Assembly: GCA_050250895.1 (NCBI GenBank)
Contig: JBFWNU010000001.1
Span: 2,820,891 to 2,884,890, forward strand
DNA length: 64,000 nucleotides
Direction: 5' to 3'
From: Vulcanimicrobiota bacterium
GTDB lineage: Bacteria; Vulcanimicrobiota; Xenobia; Xenobiales; JADMJV01
The notes under the pieces were generated by a model. The model did not search any database and had not been told where the DNA came from. It was given only the letters and a program-made list of their open reading frames with translations. The position numbers were made by a program, and so were the translations under genes. Positions within the stretch are counted from its first letter, which is position 1. Every line of letters starts with the position of its first letter. Below, one piece after another: positions 51,673 through 60,885 of the stretch.

Positions 51673-52818
51673 ATGTCAACCATCACCGAACTCAGACTGC
51701 CCGCTCTCGAGATTTCTCAGGGGTCCGGTCGTCGCATCTACAGCTTCGCTGCCGACGGCAAGATGCTGCCGCTCTTCACCACCATCTCTCGCATTCACCG
51801 TGACGACGAGAGTCAGATTCAGGGCTACCAACGGCCCGAGGTGCGCTCGCACATTGGCGAGATCAAGACCTATCTCGAGTCAGAGAACCCGATGATTCCG
51901 AACGCCATCGTGGTGGCCTTCGACTCGCGCGTGAGCTTTGAGCCCATGAAGGGCGGGCTTGAGGGCGAGCATTCTCGTATGGGCACCCTGGTGATCCCCG
52001 TCGACGAGACGCTGCCGGACGAAGAGAAGCCTGGCTGGATCGTCGACGGCCAGCAACGCGCGGCCGCCATTCGCGAGGCCCAGGTGGAGAGTTTTCCTCT
52101 GAGCATCAACGCCTTCATCGCTAAGGACGCCACCGAACAGCGCGAGCAGTTCATCCTGGTCAATTCGACCAAACCTTTGCCGAAAGGGCTCATCTACGAG
52201 TTGTTGCCGACCACTGAGGCTCGCTTGCCCTCGCTTTTGCAGCGCCGACGTTTTCCGGCGCTGCTGGTGGATCGGCTCAATCACGATGAGGACTCGCCGA
52301 TGGTGGGGATGATCAAGACCCCGACCACGCCCGAAGGGTTGATCAAAGACAACTCTATCTTGAAGATGCTCGAGAATAGCCTCACCGATGGCGCTCTTTA
52401 TCGCTTTCGCGACCCGGCCACGGGCGAGGGGGATGCGGAGACGATGCTGGCTTTGTTGAAGAACTTCTGGACGGCGGTGGCTGAGGTCTTTGGGTTCGCC
52501 TGGAGCCTGCCGCCACGCCGGTCGCGCCTGGTGCACGGCGCGGGCATTACCGCTCTGGGTTTCGTGATGGATGCGATCGCTGACCGCTATAGGTCGGATG
52601 GTGTCCCCACGGTGGAGCAGTTCGCGGCAGACCTCGAGCCCCTGGTCGACATCTGCCGCTGGACCGACGGCTACTGGGACTTCGGTCCGGGCGCCCAGAG
52701 GAAGTGGAACGAGATTCAGAACACTTCGAAAGACATCCAGTTGCTGGCGAATCATCTGCTAGTCCAGTATAAATCGCGGGTTTGGTCGCGGCGATTGGCT
52801 GCCATTGGAGTTGGCTGA
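51673..52818 (+). CDS. dpdB: DGQHR-domain protein DpdB, copy 2
   Basis: GYQRPEV, IPNAIVV, IVDGQQR, EQFILVNSTKPLPKGLIYELLP. Confidence 0.88.
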   Translation: MSTITELRLPALEISQGSGRRIYSFAADGKMLPLFTTISRIHRDDESQIQGYQRPEVRSHIGEIKTYLESENPMIPNAIVVAFDSRVSFEPMKGGLEGEHSRMGTLVIPVDETLPDEEKPGWIVDGQQRAAAIREAQVESFPLSINAFIAKDATEQREQFILVNSTKPLPKGLIYELLPTTEARLPSLLQRRRFPALLVDRLNHDEDSPMVGMIKTPTTPEGLIKDNSILKMLENSLTDGALYRFRDPATGEGDAETMLALLKNFWTAVAEVFGFAWSLPPRRSRLVHGAGITALGFVMDAIADRYRSDGVPTVEQFAADLEPLVDICRWTDGYWDFGPGAQRKWNEIQNTSKDIQLLANHLLVQYKSRVWSRRLAAIGVG

Positions 52819-52828
52819 AGGCCAAGCC

Positions 52829-53713
52829 TTACGGAGAGAATTGCGTGACGCTCGTTGCGACGGCAATGTTCTCGAGGGTCAGTAGACGCCTCTCGTTTCT
52901 TAGAAAGAGCCGCAACTCTTCTGATTCTTTAAAGGGTTCCTTCATTGAACTATGGTGTCGGCTGAGAGCGGCATATCTGAGGGATGGAGTTAGTTGAAAA
53001 TAACTCTGTAGGCGAGATGCCGGTAGCCATCCCGTCCTGAAGATCCAGGCCAGAGATTCTCCTTTCCCCAAATTGCAGCTTGTACACAAAATTTGCAGAT
53101 TCTCGAGTCCGTCCCCACCCAAGAAGTGCGGTATTATGTGGTCGAGGGTCGGCCGCCGGAAGTATCTCGCAAGTGCTACTTCCCCCGGCAATCTTGAGAT
53201 TGGCTCCAAAGTCTCTTCATCCAGGTCCGCTTCGACCTCCTGGAAGAGGTCGGCTTCATTGAAGAGATACCGACACAACTGGCATCGTAATGCTTGCCTC
53301 TTCATTATTTCTTTGTGATTGGTTCTCTCCAAATCGAGAGATTCGGTTTCTCGACCGTACCTATGGGATCGTCTCAGGCGCTTGAACACGATGGCCAATT
53401 GTCTTATTAGAACCTCCGGAAGGTCTTTGGTCTCGAGACGTTCGAACAGAGCTTTCGTTGCGAGTTCCTCAAAGTCTGGTTGCAATGCTTCGAAAAGGCT
53501 GCTCGGAACCATCGACCAGAGTCCTCGAAGGAGCAGTATGAGGGCGGCCTCTGCGTCGAATTGTTCCCGAGGCTGGCCAAGTGCGCTGCTTATCGCGGGG
53601 AGAAGATGGCCACATTGTCTTCGAAGGTCTCCCGACAGGAGCATCAATTCGAGCCGATCTCTTTGGTTGTTCGTTTCCGTGAGTACCTGTAACAGCATCG
53701 AGAATGGCGACAT
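52829..53713 (-). CDS. HNH endonuclease
   Basis: CQLC...LDHIIPHFLGG...NLQILCTSCNLGKG. Confidence 0.85.
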   Translation of the reverse strand: MSPFSMLLQVLTETNNQRDRLELMLLSGDLRRQCGHLLPAISSALGQPREQFDAEAALILLLRGLWSMVPSSLFEALQPDFEELATKALFERLETKDLPEVLIRQLAIVFKRLRRSHRYGRETESLDLERTNHKEIMKRQALRCQLCRYLFNEADLFQEVEADLDEETLEPISRLPGEVALARYFRRPTLDHIIPHFLGGDGLENLQILCTSCNLGKGESLAWIFRTGWLPASRLQSYFQLTPSLRYAALSRHHSSMKEPFKESEELRLFLRNERRLLTLENIAVATSVTQFSP

Positions 53714-53725
53714 CGGACCTACTCC

Positions 53726-55375
53726 TCATGGGGTGGCTTTCTGAAAGAGCGGGGACTCGGAGTGGATATCGCCCAGCTTCTTGCCTCCGCGCAATTCACG
53801 CATAGCCTTCTTTATCCAGTCTGGGCCCTGGCCGCTTTGAAGCCCCGTGGATTCCCAGTTTTGGAAGAATGTGGGTGGCACTTCACCAAAAAAGTCATGA
53901 ACCTGATTCGAAAAATCCTGAATATCCTTGAATTTCGCGTCGCCTCCGGCCTTGCTCTCTAAGAAGAGGTCTTGAAGAGCGTGCATGGTGACAATATAGA
54001 GCAGATGGAATTTGTCTCTCTTCTCCCAAATGCCGGCCTTCGCATAGAGCTCACGAATCGCATACCAAAATGCATAGAAGTAGCTTGTCCAAGTCTCCCA
54101 GTCAGTCCATGCTTTCCGGGCTTGGGCTAGGCTCTTTGCTCCCAGGGCAGGCTGAAACATCTTCATCTCTTGCTGCGCGGATGTGGCGTTCCCGGTACGC
54201 GGAGAGGCTGAAGCTATCGATCTCCAGCGTTTCGCTAGTCTGAGCATGCCTCGGTCCGAGAGTTTTCCTTTATTGCTCACACCAACCACCTCGCCAGGTT
54301 GTGAGATCATGTTTGCAAATGGGCTGCGTGAGTCGTGATTCAGGTATTTCATGATGATTCGATCGGTATTCTTCATGCCGATAACGTCGAACCGCGTCTC
54401 AATCGTCTGCACTTCGCTGTTAGTGAGCGACGTGTTCAGGATGGCTGTCAAAAAGCCAGGCGATATCGGCTTAGCCAATTTGTTCAACACGACAAACTGA
54501 AAGACTTGCTCCACCCAGTCCGCGTCTTTGATGGCACACACATTGAATATGATAGGGTCCTTCTCGCTTTCGTATGCCCCATTAACACGATGCTGGCCAT
54601 CGACAATCATGGCGGGACGCAGCAGGGAAATTAGGAGATAGCGAAGCCTGCTTTCGGGCGAAAACTGCATTTTTTTTCTTCCCCGCTTTTTCACCCGTTC
54701 TTGCTGCTTGTAGCGTTTGGTTTCCTCGGCCAGCCATTCCTTCACTCTGTCCGAATCGGAGATGAACTTGTGGAAGGCTCTAAGCTTCGATCTGCCAACA
54801 TCAATCTCGCTGTCGACCGTAGTGTCGGCATCCCTCTCCTCGTCCTCGTCATCCTCGTCATCTTCCGTGAGATCTGGCTCGTCGTCGGTTGACTCCTCGT
54901 CGAGGTCTTCCTCGTTGGCTAGTTCCAGGCGAGGCGCTAACGCCGTCGCGACCAACTGCGTCAACTCCGAAAGATCGTGGGTGTCAGGATCATACTTTGG
55001 GCAATCGAAGCTTATGTGCACCATTTGGGGGGTGTATGCGAGCTGGGCTGCGCTAGGCCAACTGGCGGGGTACCCTATGGGCGTCGTTTGAAGTATGCTT
55101 TCTCTAAACGCTACGACAATGCTGGTCGGCGAGGATTCTCCGGTGTTAAAGAAACGAGTAATCCCTTGGTATCGTTTCGTGAGGGCCCGTTGAAAGCCCC
55201 CGTGAAAACGTTCGGACTTGGTTGGCACTCCGCCCCAGCGGAAAATGTGCTTGGCTGGGGCACAAAAGCTGACGAGTTCGAGCTTGGAGGAGCCTTGAGT
55301 GTACATCTCCCCCACGTACTCGTAATGGTCTGAAAGCCCCATCTTCGACAACAGCTTGACCCTCCTTGAACTCAC
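53726..55375 (-). CDS. Divergent DGQHR-domain protein with acidic insert
   Basis: GFQRAL, PTSIVVAF, IVDGQHRV, EQVFQFVVLN..AKP; D/E-rich insert. Confidence 0.8.
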   Translation of the reverse strand: MSSRRVKLLSKMGLSDHYEYVGEMYTQGSSKLELVSFCAPAKHIFRWGGVPTKSERFHGGFQRALTKRYQGITRFFNTGESSPTSIVVAFRESILQTTPIGYPASWPSAAQLAYTPQMVHISFDCPKYDPDTHDLSELTQLVATALAPRLELANEEDLDEESTDDEPDLTEDDEDDEDEERDADTTVDSEIDVGRSKLRAFHKFISDSDRVKEWLAEETKRYKQQERVKKRGRKKMQFSPESRLRYLLISLLRPAMIVDGQHRVNGAYESEKDPIIFNVCAIKDADWVEQVFQFVVLNKLAKPISPGFLTAILNTSLTNSEVQTIETRFDVIGMKNTDRIIMKYLNHDSRSPFANMISQPGEVVGVSNKGKLSDRGMLRLAKRWRSIASASPRTGNATSAQQEMKMFQPALGAKSLAQARKAWTDWETWTSYFYAFWYAIRELYAKAGIWEKRDKFHLLYIVTMHALQDLFLESKAGGDAKFKDIQDFSNQVHDFFGEVPPTFFQNWESTGLQSGQGPDWIKKAMRELRGGKKLGDIHSESPLFQKATP

Positions 55376-55689
55376 TTCGCGTTACGCCTAGTATCGGGCG
55401 GTTCTGGGAAGGCCGGTCATAGCCCTGCACCGCGAGTCGGACCGCAAACGGCCGGCAAGCCTCAGAGGATGTGAGGGGGACGCTCATCCTAGCTCTCGAG
55501 TCTTGTGCCAGAACAAGGTGATATACTCAGTATAACGGCGGGCGAGAAAGATCGACTCGTCCCAAAGCGTTTGTCTCTTCTCTTGGGGCGGGACCTCCCC
55601 GTGAGCCCGATCGGGGCGGCTTCACGCAAGAAGGCAAGTTCGCCTTGTCATTGATGATGCGGTGCTCTAGCACGAAAGAAGCTCAATCC

Positions 55690-56507
55690 CAAGCTGTCGC
55701 CGATTCCGTCGAGGCGATCGGGTCAGCTCTGGCGAGTTGTCCCGTTGGTCGGAATGGACGACAGGAACTGGCGGCAGCAGAACGCACGAGCTGTTCTTTG
55801 GATCGCGAACACGCCCAAGTTGGCCTTCTACGAAATCAGCAGTGTCAAGAGCGCCGAGACGGCCAAGCAAATTCTCGGAGAGGCCTTCGACGGCGTCTTA
55901 CTCACCGACCGCGTTTCCAATTACAACTTCCAGCCGTGGAAGAAGCGACAGTTTTGTTGGGCCACAGCGACCGACACTTCGCCAGATAGGTCAAGGGCAG
56001 GGGCCTTCAAGCGACATCGGGACATGGGCGATGGCCGAAATAGACCGGGTATTTGACCTCTGTCGCCGCGTTCGTGCTGACGAAATCAGCCGGAAACAGC
56101 TCAGCGAGAGCCTGAAGCCGATCAAAGCGCGTTTTGGGCGCCTTCTGAAAAAGGGTTCGTCGTGCGGCCATGAGCGTACCGAGAGGACCTGCGCGAATCT
56201 GCTCAGGAGATTTGAGTCCCTCTGGCTCTTCGCCACCCCACGAAGGGGTTGAACCGACCAACAACTCGTCCGAGCAGGCCCTCCGCCCGGGCGTGCGTTG
56301 GCGAGATACCAGCTTCGGCTCACCGAGCGAGCGGGGAAGCAAATTCACCGCGAGGATCCTAACAGTGCTCGAGACCTGTCGGAGACAGGGACGCTCGCAG
56401 TTAGACTACCTGGTCGATTGGCTGATGGCTTGGCTGGTTGGGTTGAGCGCCCTCTCTTCTGTCTTGCCCGCCCTGGCCAGTGGCGAATGGATAGGGTGAA
56501 CGGTTAC
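55690..56507 (+). mobile_element. Truncated, frameshifted IS66-family remnant with right inverted repeat
   Basis: Three frames give LLTDR..Y...QFCWA, LWLF and EPTNNSSEQALRP...ETCRRQG; ends GGGTGAACGGTTAC (IS66-type GTAA terminus) at 56507. Left boundary approximate. Confidence 0.8.
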
Positions 56508-56515
56508 ACTCCGCT

Positions 56516-58125
56516 GGGTCTGGATCGGTCTGAGAGCTGATTGGGCGACCCGACAATCTGAAGGACATGCCCTGGTTACTTCGTGAATCCCGGTCGAACA
56601 CCGATCCGGGAGGCCCCATGCAAGATTTGACGACACCGGCGGAAAGTGAGTTGGCCGGCGCCACACTTCAAGCGGGATTCGACGATGAAATCAATGAGGT
56701 AGTGAGGGCACTGCGGCGTGCGGTCGATGCGATGGTTGGGCTCGACTGCTCCTTCGAGGAGCGCGAGCGAGCCGCCCTGAGCATTGGAAATGAGGCCCAG
56801 CGTCGGCTCCTCGAGGACGAACTGCAATCCATTGTCGAGGCGCATGGGGTTGAACTCTTGATCGACGGAGAGCTGTACCGCAAACATCGGCCTGGGGCCC
56901 GCGACTACGCCAGCCTATGTGGCGCCCTGCGAGTCTCCCGATGCACGTATCGACTGGCCGGGGTCCGCAACGGACCGACCGTGGTGCCCCTCGAGATGCA
57001 GGCAGGTTTGATGGAAGGCGCAACTCCGGCGATGGCTTATCGGGTCGCGCTCGGCTACGCGAAGGAACACAGTCGAGGGCTGGAGGAGGACCTCCGCGCT
57101 TCACATCGTGTACCACCGTCGAGAACCAAGCTGGAGAAGATATGTCCAAGAGGCTCGGATGGAGAGCGAAGGAGGAGGCGCCCCGCATCGAGGCCTGTCT
57201 TCGTCCAAAACGAGCGGCTGCCTGAGGATGTGGCCGGCATCTCCATAGGACTCGACCGCACGGCGGTTCCGATGGAGGAGGCCCGTGCAGAGGGAGTCGC
57301 CCCCAAGACCCAAAGGAAGGCGCGGACGAAGCCTTACCTGCGGACGCCCCCAGGGCCGGTGGATGTCAACTATCGCATGGCCTATGTAGGCACGGTCTCC
57401 TTGACGGATGAGTATGGGGAGGGACTGGCCACGCGACGCTACGCGGCGATCCCGAGTGATGGGCCGGACGACATGCTCCATGGGATGATGGGCGATGTAC
57501 GGAACGCTTTGCGGCGAAATCCTCAACTGCGGGTGGGCGTGGTCCAAGATGGCGCACCCGAGATGTGGAATCTTGTGCGGGCCTCACTCAAGACGGCCGA
57601 GGTGACGGAGTGGCTTGAAACGATAGACCGCTACCATCTGAACGAACGGCTGGCCAGAGTTCTAAAGGTCATCGAACCAAACCCTGACGCCCGCATCCCC
57701 CAGCTACGCGCCTGGCACGATGAGTTCGACATCGATGACCAGACCATCGAGCGCATCGAGGCCACTATCGTGTCAGCAATCAAAACCTGTCGGGGGGACG
57801 GCCTCGTCGTACTCGAGGACAACGCCACTTTCATAGGCAACAATAAAGACCGAATGCGCTACGTTGCGCTGGGGGAGGCTGGCCGCCCTGTCAGCAGCGG
57901 TGCCACGAAGGGAGCGTGCCGATACGTGATCGGTGAGAGGGCCAAGCGTGCGAGCAGACGTTGGCACGAGGATGGACTAGAGGCCGCCCTCGCTCTGCGG
58001 AGCATCTACTGTAGTGACCGCTTGCCGCGGTTCTTCGTCCATCTGCAGAGGTGCTACTCCGCTGAAATTCGAGAGGCCGACTGGAGCAATGAACCCGCCG
58101 CGTGATCTCAGACGCATCCAGACCC
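56516..58125 (+). mobile_element. Full-length IS (ISKra4/ISLre2-like DDE) with 20-bp IRs and 8-bp target duplication
   Basis: IRL GGGTCTGGATCGGTCTGAGA (56516-35); IRR TCTCAGACGCATCCAGACCC (58106-25), 18/20 match; ACTCCGCT on both sides (56508-15, 58126-33). Confidence 0.88.
56618..58105 (+). CDS. Transposase of the IS, probably inactivated
   Basis: GLDRT, QDGAPEMW, IDRYH, RMRY; SSGATKGACR has K where a catalytic E is expected. Confidence 0.8.
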   Translation: MQDLTTPAESELAGATLQAGFDDEINEVVRALRRAVDAMVGLDCSFEERERAALSIGNEAQRRLLEDELQSIVEAHGVELLIDGELYRKHRPGARDYASLCGALRVSRCTYRLAGVRNGPTVVPLEMQAGLMEGATPAMAYRVALGYAKEHSRGLEEDLRASHRVPPSRTKLEKICPRGSDGERRRRRPASRPVFVQNERLPEDVAGISIGLDRTAVPMEEARAEGVAPKTQRKARTKPYLRTPPGPVDVNYRMAYVGTVSLTDEYGEGLATRRYAAIPSDGPDDMLHGMMGDVRNALRRNPQLRVGVVQDGAPEMWNLVRASLKTAEVTEWLETIDRYHLNERLARVLKVIEPNPDARIPQLRAWHDEFDIDDQTIERIEATIVSAIKTCRGDGLVVLEDNATFIGNNKDRMRYVALGEAGRPVSSGATKGACRYVIGERAKRASRRWHEDGLEAALALRSIYCSDRLPRFFVHLQRCYSAEIREADWSNEPAA

Positions 58126-58180
58126 ACTCCGCTAGAAGGTCCCAATCGAGCCAATCCCGAAAGTTCAGTCGGAGCAACCA

Positions 58181-59695
58181 ATGATCTTTCTTTCCTACAG
58201 ACGTAGTGATTCCACTCCATACTCCACTCTCATTCGAGATTTTCTGACGCGAGAGTTCGGGGCGAAGCGCCTCTTTCGGGATCTAGAAGAAATCGAAGCA
58301 GGAGAGGAATACGCTCGAGTTCTCAAAGAAAAAATCGGCAAGTCCAACGCTGTCCTCGTGCTAGTCGGGCCGAAGTGGCTTCAAGAATTCCTGGACCGAG
58401 ACGGTCAAACTGACTACGTGGTTATGGAAATGAAAACGGCGTTCGGCCGGAGGCGACCGATAATCCCTGTCCTCGTTGGTGGAGGTCGACTCCCAAGCGA
58501 GAAGGATTTGGAGAATTTGCCAGCAGAGACCCGCGACCTAGTCTCTAATCTCAAAGCTCTCAACGCGGTCACCTACCCCGATGACGTGGCAGGCCGAGAC
58601 GATGCCGAACGAAAACTCCTCCGAAGACTCCATCGTCTGAAAGGCCTCTCTCCCCTTCCGCGCCGCCTGGCGATAGGCACTCTTTTGCTCGTTCTGCTGT
58701 CAGTGTCGCTCGATACGTCCTTCCGATGGCTCCCGCGCAAGCCTGGGCTTCTTTCGGTTCAGGCGCCACGCGAAGTAACGTTCGATGTCGTGCACTACAG
58801 CGACGAGCATCCCGACGGGGTTGTCACCCATTCCCGACTCACCGGACGTCGTGTCATGCTCCTTCCCCCCGGTCTCTACTATCTAGACTTTCATGCCGAC
58901 GGCCGAGTCGTTTCCTATATCCTCAGACAACCGTCGTTCCGCTACCAGGCTCTGGAGTTTGACCCCGCCCGGAACGAGGATGGCGAGGATTGGGCCGCAC
59001 TACCAGCCGGCGAGTATCTCATCGGGGACAAACGAGTCCAGCTTTCTGCATTCGAGATTCAAAGGTTCGAAGTGACCAGGGTTGACTATCGCACGAAGCT
59101 CCTCGAGGATCCCGAAGCGCTGCGGTGCGCCCGTCGGGCGGTGGAACTTGCCAAAGGAGGGGTTGAATTGCCTAAGGACTTCTTTGCCTATAACGAGGAG
59201 AGAATTCAGCAGTACTCACCGTCCCCAACGAACCCGGTGATCGGACTGAACTTTTACCAAGCCTACGGTTATGCGATCTCTCAAGGCCTTAGTCTTCCCA
59301 CCGAGGCGGAATGGGCCGTTGGCTCTGGCTACCTGGGCAAGAAGGAGATTAGTCGGTTTCCCTGGGGAGAGACGGAACCAGCCTTTTACGCTGTGTCCAG
59401 TTTTGCGAAGCTTCTCACCGACGACAACAGGAGAACTCTGTCGGTGGGGTCTCTCGAAAAGGGAAAGAATCCCAAGACTCAGGTCTACGACTCTCTGGGA
59501 AACGCACGAGAATGGGTTGACCAATGGAGGTCTGGCGCCCCCTACGAGCTTGCCGAGGGCGCCAAGCAAGTTGTAAAGGGCTCGGGGTTCGACTCAATGT
59601 ATCTCCAAGACCTGGTTAGCCCGGGCGTCCCGGTCGACGCCGATGAAACTTTTCGAGACACGGTTGGTTTTAGGTGTGTTCGAAGAAGGGACTAG
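58181..59695 (+). CDS. TIR - TM - FGE-sulfatase (SUMF1-like) domain protein
   Basis: IFLSYRRSDS, LFRD, DYVVME; TM LAIGTLLLVLLSV; FEVT, LPTEAEW, FPWG, GNAREW, VGFRCV. Confidence 0.88.
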   Translation: MIFLSYRRSDSTPYSTLIRDFLTREFGAKRLFRDLEEIEAGEEYARVLKEKIGKSNAVLVLVGPKWLQEFLDRDGQTDYVVMEMKTAFGRRRPIIPVLVGGGRLPSEKDLENLPAETRDLVSNLKALNAVTYPDDVAGRDDAERKLLRRLHRLKGLSPLPRRLAIGTLLLVLLSVSLDTSFRWLPRKPGLLSVQAPREVTFDVVHYSDEHPDGVVTHSRLTGRRVMLLPPGLYYLDFHADGRVVSYILRQPSFRYQALEFDPARNEDGEDWAALPAGEYLIGDKRVQLSAFEIQRFEVTRVDYRTKLLEDPEALRCARRAVELAKGGVELPKDFFAYNEERIQQYSPSPTNPVIGLNFYQAYGYAISQGLSLPTEAEWAVGSGYLGKKEISRFPWGETEPAFYAVSSFAKLLTDDNRRTLSVGSLEKGKNPKTQVYDSLGNAREWVDQWRSGAPYELAEGAKQVVKGSGFDSMYLQDLVSPGVPVDADETFRDTVGFRCVRRRD

Positions 59696-59706
59696 TTAGC
59701 GTGACC

Positions 59707-60441
59707 ATGCGTTGTAACTCCTTGTTGCTCGCGCTCATACTGCTTAGCAGTCGGAGTGCCTTCGCTCAATTGGAAGTCTTCTTAGGAGAAACGCTCATCG
59801 CAAAGGATGTTCAAATCGAACAGCTTGGCAAGACAATCACGGATTATGCCTTGCGACGAGACGGAATGTTGCCGCCCCCGCAGACGATACCTATCGCCGG
59901 CGCTGCCTTCCGCGACATCCTCAGGCAACTCACGGAGCAAGATGTCAACTACAAGATCGTGAGTGTCCAGGCACTCGCTTCCGGCGCGAGCAAGCCCGCA
60001 GCAATCTCCGCCGACTGGCAGCATCGAACAGTCAAGGCAAGCCAAGAGTATGAGCTGCAACTTTTTCCCGAGAACAAACGGTGGTGGTCGCCGACCCTGA
60101 GGTTCACCTATCTGGCCGATGGTCAAATCAAAACCAACGCGCGCGCCATCCAGTTTCATCAGACCCGGGGCACTTATTTGATTCAGTTGCCCAAAGGCTG
60201 GACATCAAACCATATCAAGTCCTCGGGTCTGGCAGATCTTTCACAGCAACGCTCCGAAAACCTCCTGCCGTTCTCGGCCAAAGAGTGGATATATTGGCCC
60301 GCCTACACCGTTCGAGGGGCCGGTTTGGTGGAGGAACGAGTTTTTGATGGGCCAATTCCGGCACAACAGCAGGCTCAGCAACAACCGTGCCCCGGCCCGT
60401 ATTACTTCTTCGTCATCGTCAACAGTCAAGGGACGCCGTAG
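59707..60441 (+). CDS. Secreted hypothetical protein
   Basis: Signal-peptide-like start ending AFA; 11 bp downstream of the TIR-FGE gene. Confidence 0.6.
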   Translation: MRCNSLLLALILLSSRSAFAQLEVFLGETLIAKDVQIEQLGKTITDYALRRDGMLPPPQTIPIAGAAFRDILRQLTEQDVNYKIVSVQALASGASKPAAISADWQHRTVKASQEYELQLFPENKRWWSPTLRFTYLADGQIKTNARAIQFHQTRGTYLIQLPKGWTSNHIKSSGLADLSQQRSENLLPFSAKEWIYWPAYTVRGAGLVEERVFDGPIPAQQQAQQQPCPGPYYFFVIVNSQGTP

Positions 60442-60550
60442 GCCTAGTTGGGATGGGTGGACCACCCTGCCTCTGAAACGCGGGTTACCTCGCGAGGCAG
60501 AGCCGCATCGGAAATAGAACTTTCCTAAGAACAAAGAGGATGGCCCACCC

Positions 60551-60793
60551 ATGAACGTCACTGCCGCAAACGCCCAGAATCTGATCTTCGTTGAGCTAGA
60601 TGTCCAGAGGGATTCGATCTACCTGGCAGCAGTCCAAAACTACGGTAAAGCGTTGTCGGCGAAAAGCGCCTCGGCACGCCTCGGCACGAAGAAGCGCGAC
60701 AAAATGCGCCAGTTCGTGCACAAGTATCGCAGGCCTCCCATTGGAGCAGTTGGGGTGGTGAGACCTGCCCGGAAACTGGATGAGCAGGAGTGA
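60551..60793 (+). CDS. Small hypothetical protein or fragment
   Basis: ATG with GAGGA upstream; no motif. Confidence 0.3.
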   Translation: MNVTAANAQNLIFVELDVQRDSIYLAAVQNYGKALSAKSASARLGTKKRDKMRQFVHKYRRPPIGAVGVVRPARKLDEQE

Positions 60794-60885
60794 AGTCTAT
60801 TCGGCTTCAAGCCACCGCACGACTGACAATCTCTGTCAGGGGAGTTTGCTACGCTGTGAAGAAGAGCCTACTCCGGGAGGTCGTC

